Shown: positions 54,734 through 64,000 of the stretch, one piece after another
How positions within the stretch are numbered: the stretch's first letter is position 1
Layout of the letters: each line of letters opens with the position of its first letter
Assembly (NCBI GenBank): GCA_951406725.2
Contig: OX597816.1
Coordinates: 133,734,001-133,798,000 of the forward strand
DNA from: Octopus vulgaris
Taxonomy: Eukaryota
DNA: 64,000 nucleotides
Reading direction: 5' to 3'
Position numbers and translations under genes: made by a program
The notes under the pieces: generated by a model
The model's input: the letters and a program-made list of their open reading frames with translations, nothing else
The model's database searches: none
Told to the model about the DNA's origin: nothing

Positions 54734-55742
54734 AAAGACAGTCATCCTATTTATTTATCAATATATTAAAATACACAAAATAATAAAAAAAAAAAACAAT
54801 AAACATATTTTAATAATACCAAAATATTACCAAATTAGAATTTTTTTAAAAAGTGTGCACATAGCTGATTTGCATAAAAAGTAAGCAGTGCAAAAGTTAA
54901 TGAGATTTGTGAAACTGGCATTTTGCTTCCAAAATATCATCAACATTTGCTTTATGATTGCTGTGGCCAACCATAAGAATTGCAACCAATGTTGCAATTA
55001 ATACCAGGAATGAACACAAGAAGTTGTGACGTACTAGAGAGATTAATAGACTCATCCATTGCAAGAGAATATACCACACAAATTTCTTAGCTTTCTCATG
55101 TATGTGTAATTGTATATTCTCTCCAAGTTCTTCTATTCTCTGCACAATTGAACATGCTGAAAGGCTGATACAGCCAAACATGTTAGCTTTTTCAGGACAA
55201 GTCATTTGCTGCTTCCATCATGCACTCTTTTATAAAGTTTCTGTCAGTAAATGGTTTTCCTTGCTCTGCCAACTTATTCAGTTTTGTAACTTACACGAGT
55301 GATAGATTCATTTTCAACAAACATTTTCGTAAAGAAATTCCTTTGAGATTCCAAACTACATTTCATAGATTCAAATTTCTTGGACTGAGAGATGTTTTGC
55401 TTCATAGTGACGACAAATATTGTAATGTTTCATAACAGCAACACTTTCATTGCATATCAGGCAACTAGCTTTCTGGTCATTTGTTTCCACAAAGAAGTAC
55501 TTTTCTTCCCATTCTTTATTGAAAATGCAACATTCATCATCAACCTTTCTCATTTTAGTAGATGAAGAAAAAACAAAAGCAGTCTTAAACCTCAGCATCA
55601 GATATTCTGGTTTTAATTGTAGTCAATAATAACTGACTAGCCTGAGGCACACGTGATGTACTGTAGTAATTATTATTGCACATGAAATACACAGCGTGTG
55701 ACGTGACTGACTCAGTATACATACGACATGTATAATCTAAGT

Positions 55743-55815
55743 AGTGTAAGAAGCAGTATAAAAGCATGTTTTTTCTTAGAAGTGTAAGAAGCAGTATAAA
55801 AGCATGTTTTTTCTT
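55743..55815. repeat. 38-bp-period tandem duplication inside the hAT element
   Basis: agtgtaagaagcagtataaaagcatgttttttctt at 55743 and 55781. Confidence 0.95.
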
Positions 55816-56209
55816 TTTTCAGCATACGACAGCAGGCCGGACAAATTGACATCGTGGGCCATAGTTTAGTAACCCATGTACAACAGGATTTAAAAATAAT
55901 GCCAATCATAATATTTCAATTTTGAAATAAAGGACATCAAAAAATAAGTGCATGTGTATAGCACTTTTCAACATTCAAATGGGCGAGAATGTTGTTTATA
56001 GATGGAAGGTTTGGATAAGTTACTAGGATATAAAAATGAATAAGTTATCCAAAAGAGAAAAAGTTTGGAGTAATTTTTCAATTGGGTTTGCTTGGGCATA
56101 AAAAAAATGAAAGTTAAGAGTAAAATTTAGGAAATAACAAAACATATAACTTAAAACATAAAAACTCTTCATTCAAAGTAGTTGGACGATTTTGAAAATG
56201 ATCTCTCAT

Positions 56210-56820
56210 AGGTGCAGATATGGCTGTCGTGGTTAACAAGTTTGCTATAGATGAAGACATAACCATATGATTAAGAAGTCTGCATCCCAACCACAAGCTT
56301 TTTGGTTCAATCCAGTGTGCAGCACCTTAGGCAAGTATCTTCTATCATATCCCCAGGTTGACCAAAGTCTTGAGAGTGGATTTGGTGTATGGAAACTGAA
56401 AGATCATATGTGGGTGTATTACCATCATCATTTTAACATCTACTTTTCCATGCTTGCATGAGTCTCACAAAATTCATTGAGGCAGATTTTCTTCAGTCAG
56501 ATACCCTTCCTGTCACCAATCCTCACTTCCAAAGTAATATTTTCCATGGCTGGACATGCTTTGTGGAAGATTGCAAATAAATGACACTGCTTGTATGACA
56601 GTGACAGCCATTTACAGCCACCCCATGATATTAAGGCAAGGAGATAAAAAACACACACATACAGCCAAATATAAAGACATACATGATGGGCTTCTTTCAA
56701 ATTTATCAACCAAATCTATTCACAAAGCTTTACTCAGTCTGGAATTCACAGTGGAAAACAATTGCCCAAATGAACCCAAAAGTGCATGGTAGGGGAATGA
56801 ACTTCTTAATCTCACAATCA
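56210..56820. mobile_element. Two opposed SINEs: family B head (+, 56210-56405) and B-head/(GAT)n-tail element (-, 56422-56820)
   Basis: Homology to other copies in the window. Confidence 0.75.
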
Positions 56821-57141
56821 TAAGTATGTGTATGTACATGCAAGTGTGTGTCAGTATTTGGTTACAATTTGCAGTCATTTCTCTGAAAATTATGATGTAC
56901 TAGTGGTCTTAACAAACCATCTGCTCACTTCATACCTTCGAAGATATGTAAAATAAGAAATCTCTTAATTGAAAAACAAGTAAGTGTGAGTGAAAGGAAG
57001 GGTATCCAACTGTAAAAATAATGTCACAATAACATATTTGTTTAACCTAAGCAAGCATGGAAAAAAATGGATGTAGAACAAAATGAACTGAATGCAAGAT
57101 TGAGAAAACATAGGTACAAATTTTATCCCTGAAACAATGAC

Positions 57142-57370
57142 TTGAATCCTTTAGTATTTAACCAAGCCGTATCCAGCCAAAATATTCTACCTGTTTTATA
57201 TTCAAACTGATTTGTGTCCAGCTTTTCACACGTACCCTATAATGTTACTGTAAAAATATACGATCACATCATTGAAATCTCAAAGCTATAAAATAATGCA
57301 TATTTAATTCAAAATAGTGTGAATAAATAAGCATTACATTTGACAAAGAAACCTGAATGCGAAAAGTAAA
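57142..57370. mobile_element. Probable piggyBac-type MITE (decayed)
   Basis: Weak TIRs cctttagtatt / aatgcgaaaag; recalled as a common octopus TTAA-type element. Confidence 0.4.
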
Positions 57371-58438
57371 AAGATGCTTTTAAGAATGATTCAACCTTCA
57401 AAGTGACATTAAATATGAAGTGAAAACATGAAATCTTCTGGCAGATAAATTTCATCAAATACTTATAAGGATTTATATATATTATTAAATAACAGCACTA
57501 CTGGCTTATTTTAATTAGGCACGAGCCCTCAAATACATATATAGAGGGAAATAAGATGTTGGAAAATTCATTACCTTCTGAAGTGAAGTAAAATGAATTC
57601 AAGTATGAATCAAGATTAGTTAATGGAGATTTCCCTATCATGAACTTCTTATACAACTAATTACAGTAAAATTACTATTTCATATCAGCACAAGCATGGC
57701 TGTGTGGATATGGGGTTTGCTACATATTGTGCCCTACTTTTGACAATTAGTAAAATTAGTAGACAGAAACTGTGTGGAAGACCACTGAAAATGTGTATGT
57801 GTTTACTTCCATATACTTACAAAAATGGTGATATTTATTAACATCTCTGGTTAACAAATCATCTTATAACTAAGCACTTCCAAAGAGTGAAATAAAAGAT
57901 CCATTACTTGAAAAACAGATAAGGGTTTGGAACAGGAAGAGTATCCAATTATAAAACAATGCTATTCTATTCAAGTCATACTGACATAGCAAAACAGGCA
58001 TAAAACATTTAATTTAGTAAAACCATGAGTAATCCCATGTATAAAAGAAATTAGGAAATATATGAACTCATTCATTTTTACAAAAAAAATTATGGGGCTT
58101 CAAATTATATAAAAAACTGTTTCGTTTGTGTTTTTATAGCCTGCTTTATTATCAAAGTGTTACAAAAGAAATTAATTTTATTCATAAAATAATTATAAGC
58201 CCTTGACAATAAAAGTAGGCAACAGATAGCAGCATAAATGGCTTAGTAGGCAAAATGCCTGACTATAGTTACATCCTTTTATGTTCAGAGCTCAAAACTC
58301 CACGGAAGTTGAATTTATCTTCATTTCTGCAGTGTTTGATAAAATAATACCTACCAAGTGCAGCGCTTGATTTTATCAACTACACTCCCCACAAAGAAAG
58401 GTTACTTGCTTATAGTAATTTTATAAATCATAATTTAA

Positions 58439-58846
58439 CGTGGCTGTGTGGTAAGAAGTTTGCTTCCCAACCACATGCTTCTGGGTTCAGTCCTACTGCG
58501 TGGTACCTTGCATAAGAGCCTTCTACCATAGCCTCAGACTGCCCAAAGACTTCTGAGTAGATTTGGTAGACGGAAACTGAAAGAAGACCATCGTATATAT
58601 ATATATATATATATGAGTGTGTGTCTTTGTGTCTGTGTTTGTCCTCTCACCATCACTTGAAAACCCATGTTGGTGTCTTTATGTCCCTGTAACTTAGCGG
58701 TTCAACAAAAGAGACCAATAGGATATGCACAAGGGTTGTAAAGAATAAGCCCTGGAGTCAATTTCTTTGATTAAAAAATCTTTTAAGGTGCTGCTCCAGC
58801 ATGGCCACAGTCAAATGACTGGAAGAAGTAAAAGAACAAAAGAATA
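58439..58846 (+). mobile_element. SINE family B, full length
   Basis: gtggctgtgtggtaagaag head through ctccagcatggccacagtcaaatgactg tail. Confidence 0.92.
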
Positions 58847-59238
58847 AAAAATAAATCCCTAAAATAATACCAGCCTTAAAAAGATCTAATGTCAGTTGGA
58901 GTTCTTAACTCTAAAGCTCCTCTATTATTTTGACATGAATGTGAAAGAAATTTAAAAATAAAAAAATAAACTCAGCTGTACACTTGAATTAAATGTCTGT
59001 CAAAGTCTGAAATACATTAAGAATGCTATTGATACACAATACCACAGGAATTGGCTTGTAGACATGGGAAGTGCACTGTTGGTGCAACAGGATTTGAGGA
59101 TGAATGCTCCCTTTTTTTTTTTTTTTTTTAGAGCAGTAGGTAGTGTCAATAAATGACTGCTAAAAGGCATAACACAGAAGCAACTAAGGAGATGCTTTAC
59201 AGTTACCACCTGGGGTGCGAGACTTGACTAGCTTTTCT

Positions 59239-59404
59239 CTAACTGATACTTATGAGAACAATAGAACCTGTAGGAAGCCATAGTATCCAATTACAACAGG
59301 TGCTCCTCCTTCTCTTCAAGGACCAGTCTTGTTCCACATCAATAGGTTCATCCTTTATAGGGCCCTTTTGGCTAATGGCTGAGTCAGCAGGCATCCTACC
59401 CCCT
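59239..59404 (-). CDS. Candidate exon D: (x)GGRMPADSAISQKGPIKDEPIDVEQDWSLKRRRSTCCNWILWLPTGSIVLISIS*
   Basis: Long polypyrimidine tract then ttgaag|A (phase-2 acceptor) at 59404; ATG at 59394; protein-like composition with an IKDE motif; TAG at 59241-59239. Confidence 0.45.
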
Positions 59405-61154
59405 CTTCAACAGAAAGAAAGAAATAAAAACAAGAGAGAGACACCATTCATAAAATTCACCAGGTGGGGGCAAGCAGTGTCTATCAATAGGACTCTACCC
59501 AACCTGAATGTAAGAAAGCACTAACAATAACAGACAGATACACACATGTATAAGATCAAGAGAAATATATTCTTTATTAAATCAAGCTTGACAAAAGCAA
59601 CACAGATGTATTAGCAAAGCTATATTATAAAATCTATTAACTTTAAAAAAAAAGAAAAAGGTTGAAATTGAATCAAGACTATAGACATTTTCATCAAACA
59701 CCACCACCTGGCACTTGGATGCCTTTAGTGGAGTTTCCTATTTTGTAAGCATTCCAGCCTGTCTGAGGATAATCCATAATTGTGGTTATTTTCTCCTTTT
59801 CTCTCAGCAAATTTGATAGCCCAACAATTAAGCATATGAGTGCTGCCTTTCCTCCTCTGAGATACGTGTATAAATATAATATCTTTATATCAGATGAAAA
59901 AAAACATACATATGTTTTTATGTGTTCATATATGTTTATAATGTATGCAAGTGAGTCTATGTGCATTTATATATCTATACACTTTATTAAAAAGCAGCAA
60001 AAATATCACAAAAACTGTTACTCAGAGTTTCATGTTCCCATTCATTGGACAGTTTTGTTTAGAATGGAGCAAGATAAAGTTATATGCAGAAATACAAATA
60101 CTTTGATAGAAACACATTTGAAAATAGTTTTGTTTCATTGGTTCTTTCAACTAACAGTCTTTTCAATAACCGGTTGCATGAAATAACAAATTGCAGTTTA
60201 AAATCATATTATATAAATTGAAGAAAACCTTAAATCAAAAATAGCTTATAATAAAGGAAAAAGGCCTGAATACCCAGGGTAAATAAGTAGCTGAAAAAAT
60301 AATAATAAATTAAAAGATATATCTGTTTAAAAAAACTTTTCATGCTAAATTGCATATACATTTAACAATATATATACACATACCAAACAATCTATAATAT
60401 ACACATACATACTAAACATACAGGCGTAGGTACATGGCGACATACATATACAGATATACAGACAAAACATAAATATATAAAAATGCATATACATGTATGC
60501 ATGTACACACATGCACACGCACAAAATTTCCTGGTGTATCCTTATACAAGTTAGTTGTTACAGAAAGAAAAGGAAAAAATCTGAGAATAACAAGTGGGGG
60601 TGGGGAAGAAAGAAAAAGGGGAAAAGAAGAAAAAATAAAAGAAAAAGAAACAGAAAATTAGAGAGAGAAAGGGAAGCAAATAGATGGAGGTAGAGAGAGT
60701 GAAATGATGGCATTCCAATAAGTATCCAACTAAAGTTAGATACTTCGTTCAGCTTGCGAAACATACACATACAAAAAGGAACACATAAAATTACATGTAT
60801 AGTGAAATACACACACACACACATACACTGAAAATTATTAGCACGCACACACATGATAGTTCATCACTCAAATCTGAAGACAACCATACAACTGCTGAAA
60901 AAAAAATAAAATAAGAGAGAAATAAAACAGAAGAGAAAGGTGCCTAAAGTTATGTTCATAAATTGAAGATTAATGAAAATGGTGACATCAACCATGCAGG
61001 GGATGCCATCATGAAATTACAAGGGTTTCAGCCTACATAACACCTATACACATGAAGCTACTTGTTCTCACACAATATTCTCAGTGACACGAAAACTGAA
61101 GATGTATATATATAAATATATATGCATATATATAATATATATGCAGATATATAT

Positions 61155-61700
61155 CATCATCATCATCTTCATCATTTAGCGTCCGCTTTCCATGCTAGCA
61201 TGGGTTGGACGGTTCAACAGGGGTCTGTGAAGCCAGAAGGCTGCATCAGGTCCAGTCTGATCTGGCAGTGTTTCTACGGCTGGATGCCCTTCCTAACGCC
61301 AACCACTCCGTGAGTGTAGTGGGTGCTTTTTACGTGCCACCTGCACAGGTGCCAGACGGAGCTGGCAAACGCCCACGATCGGATGGTGCTTTTTACATTC
61401 CACCGGCATGGGGGCCAGGCGAGGCTGGCAACGGCCACGATTGGATGGTGCTTTTTACGTGCCACCGGCACTGGGGCGAGGCGAGGCTGGCAATGGCCAC
61501 GAACGGATGGTGCTTATTACGTGCCACCGGCACGGAGGCCAGTCGGGGCGGCGCTGGCAACGGCCACGATCGGATGGTTCGCTTACTTGTCACTGGCACT
61601 GGTATCACAGCTGCAATTTCCATTGATGTTGATCGACTTTGATTTTGGTTCTGCTTTCTGATTTGATTTGATTTTGATTTTCACTTGCCTCAACGGGTTT
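61155..61700 (-). mobile_element. Young RTE-tail repeat with a GC-rich ~62-bp internal tandem array
   Basis: (CAT)n at 61155; units begin near 61321, 61381, 61443, 61505 and 61572; CpGs intact. Confidence 0.9.
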
Positions 61701-61766
61701 TCACAAGTGTAGTTTTGTGTCCCAAGAAGGAAAGGTATGTATAAGTTGGTAATATATATATATATA

Positions 61767-61995
61767 TATTTCTTTACTATCCACAAGGGGCTAAACACAG
61801 AGGGGTCAAACAAGGACAGACAAAGGGATTAAGTCGATTACATCGACCCCAGTGCATAACTGGTACTTATTTAATCGACCCCTAAAGGATGAAAGGCAAC
61901 GTCGACCGTGGCGGAATTTGAACCCGGAACGTAACGATAGACGAAATACGGCTACGCATTTCGCCCGGCGTGCTAACGTTTCTGCCAGTTCGCCG
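61767..61995 (-). mobile_element. SINE family A, young full-length copy in a (TA)n tract
   Basis: ggcgaactggcagaaacgttagcacgccgggcgaaat head, gttcaaattcc B-box, CpGs intact. Confidence 0.93.
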
Positions 61996-62033
61996 TAATA
62001 TATATATATATGCATATATATATATTAGTATGC

Positions 62034-62077
<44 letters not shown>

Positions 62078-62164
62078 TCATCATTTAATGTCCGTTTTCC
62101 ATATATATATGTATATATAATATATATGTGTGTATGTATAAATATATATGCATATATATATATT

Positions 62165-63027
62165 CATATATATTTTACATATTAAAACTGAAAATGTATG
62201 TGTGTGTGTGCGTGTGTGCATGTGGCCTCGTTTTGCGCCAAAACAGCTCAACCGATTTATCTTAAACTTCACATGCACATTGCTTATGTGCCTAGGGAGG
62301 TTTTAAGTATAAATTAACTTCGAAAAAATGTCCAGGTAAACAGTAGGAGGAATAAGATTTAGGCGTGAGTGAACAGTGGGAGTAATTATTTGTAAGCTTC
62401 CAAGGGATATAACCCATTCCCTCCTGGAAATAACCACGAAGGGAAATAACCCATTCATTTTCAGTATGCTTATTTCTTAGTATTTGAACTATTTTAGTTA
62501 TTTTCTCAATTTATCCAATACAACACTTAAACAAGTAAATAGCATTCTCCTAAACAATAGGTCCACTTATTTTGGTTAGTAACTTATTCATGAATATACC
62601 AACACTAGTGGTGCTGAGGGTAATATTCTCTGGGAATGCACAAAAGCTTTTTCTCACAGTTAATTACTTTGAATTGTTATTATCTCATATCTGATGAGCC
62701 TGTTATTACATAACACGTTTCACGATTTTAGTATACATACCTTAGTATTTCCTCCTAAAATTATAAGGCCTTTTTCAGGGCTACTTTATTTGAATTCTTC
62801 CTATAGGGAAATTAATTTCATGTTAATACATAAACTGACTTCCCAATTTGGATAATCACAACTTACTGGGAATTCCTAAAATCAAGAACCTTTGTAAGAC
62901 AGTTCTCAATAAATACACAAAAACCATTTTAAGGGCTACATACTTTGTATTATTGTAACTGGATTAACTAAACAATTATGAGAATGAAACCAAGGGATAA
63001 GCCCGCTTTCCCGGGTATGTCAGCTAC
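62165..63027 (+). mobile_element. Probable non-autonomous Helitron
   Basis: AT-rich 5' end followed by (GT)n and aaccgattt...aaactt; 3' hairpin cccg-ctttcc-cggg then cagctac (CTRR-like end); no TIR or TSD. Confidence 0.55.
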
Positions 63028-63074
63028 TATATATATATATATATATGAGTCGCCATGATAGATCGGTATCCACT

Positions 63075-64000
63075 ACGCACATTTTTTTCGTTGGCCTTCC
63101 TTTGATATTGCTGCACCTCTTATGTGTCCATACCTTACACTGGGTGCATCTTATAGAGTTTCTAGCTACGCCTTTTTTACAGATCAAGCAGGGCCATCTA
63201 CCTGAAAGGATATGTGGTTTGTCTGCCTTTCTACTTATTAGGACTTTGGTTTTAGCTAGGTTGACTCTAAGGCCCTTCGATTCTAATCCTTGCTTCCACA
63301 CCTGAAACTTCTCTAGTTCTGATAGTGACTCAGCAATTAGAGCAAGGTCATCAGCATAGAGGAGCTCCCAGGGGCAACCTGTCTTGAATTCCTCTGTTAT
63401 TGCTTGGAGGACTATGATAAATAGGAGGGGAGTGAGGACTGAACCTTGGTGGACCTCTACCCAGAATTCTTCACTGTACTCGTTGCCAACCCTCACCTTA
63501 CTGACAGTGTCCCTGTACATAGCTCACACAGCTCTCACTAACCATTCATCTATCCCTAGTTTCCTCATTGACCACCAGATAAGGGATCGGGGGACCCTGT
63601 CAAAGGCTTTCTCCATGTCAATGAAAGCCAGGTACAGAGGTTTATCTTTGGCTTGGTATTTCTCCTGCAGCTGTCTTACCAGAAATATAGCATCAGTGAT
63701 GCTTTTCCCTGGAACGAACCTGAACTGCTTCTCATCGAAACTGACTCTCTCCCTAATTAGTTGGGCTATGACCCTCTCTGTGACTTTCATTACCTGATCT
63801 AACAACTTGATACCTCTGTAATTATTTGTATCTAAAGCATCACCTTTACTTTTGTAGCAGTTGACTATAGTGCTGCTACACCAATCATTGGGTATGACTC
63901 CTTCATGTATCACCTGGTTAACTATACGGGTGACTAGGCTATAGCTGACACCACCAAATATTTTGAGCATCTCTGTGGTCATTCCTGATGGGCCAGGGGC
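63075..64000 (-). mobile_element. RTE-clade LINE reverse transcriptase pseudogene (continues beyond the window)
   Basis: APGPSG, NYRGIKLL, FIDMEKAFDRV, HQGSVLTPLLF, LLYADD, VNLAKTK motifs; one in-frame stop near 63524; Cys/His finger after the RT domain. Confidence 0.96.

Larger units (their letters stand above)
54543..55878 (-). mobile_element. Internally deleted hAT transposon (Charlie/SPIN-like, GTF2IRD2-type transposase N-terminus)
   Basis: TIRs cagggatcatcaaact / agtttagtaacccatg; 8-bp TSD tactacag vs tacaacag (7/8); ORF RKVDDECCIFNKEWEEKYFF...CLIC...RHYEAKH (BED-type finger) and a downstream ISLSA...RIEEL remnant. Confidence 0.92.

Noticed and set aside
54897-55598. Domesticated GTF2IRD2/EPM2AIP1-like host gene
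   Set aside because: Flanked by TIRs and a TSD, broken by frameshifts, and missing the catalytic region.
57575-57641. Minus-strand MIGKSPLTNLDSYLNSFYFTSE ending G|gtaatg
   Set aside because: Phase 1, AT-rich and without other support; it illustrates the background rate of chance ATG-to-GT frames.
9654-59404. Naming the host gene (PDE4/dunce, Kv-beta and MAST were considered)
   Set aside because: No constant exon lies in the window, and intron phase alone is not diagnostic.
61205-61661. CRISPR-like repeat/spacer look and overlapping GC-rich ORFs
   Set aside because: The 'spacers' are homologous to each other, there are no cas genes, the context is eukaryotic, and the array lies inside a repeated LINE tail.

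Overview
Eukaryotic, AT-rich, microsatellite- and transposon-dense DNA. The SINE/LINE families match, from memory, those of octopus (coleoid cephalopod) genomes; no database search was run. There are no prokaryotic genes, CRISPR arrays, rRNA or tRNA genes, and almost all listed ORFs are artefacts of microsatellites or decayed transposons. Identifiable elements: three mariner remnants, an internally deleted hAT (Charlie/SPIN-like) element and a hAT MITE, both with 8-bp TSDs, several RTE-clade LINE copies, CR1-, Penelope- and HERO-like fragments, a probable non-autonomous Helitron, and many tRNA-head SINEs. The most interesting signal is on the minus strand. Three short ATG-initiated exon candidates (33466-33375, 17318-17221, 9736-9654) can each end at a GT donor after two bases of a codon (phase 2), and a phase-2-acceptor terminal-exon candidate lies at 59404-59239. 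This suggests the window is one giant intron holding an array of alternative first exons that encode different N-terminal tags. One candidate has its donor covered by a 40-bp imperfect inverted repeat. The host gene cannot be named from this window, and the exon model is an inference that needs RNA evidence.
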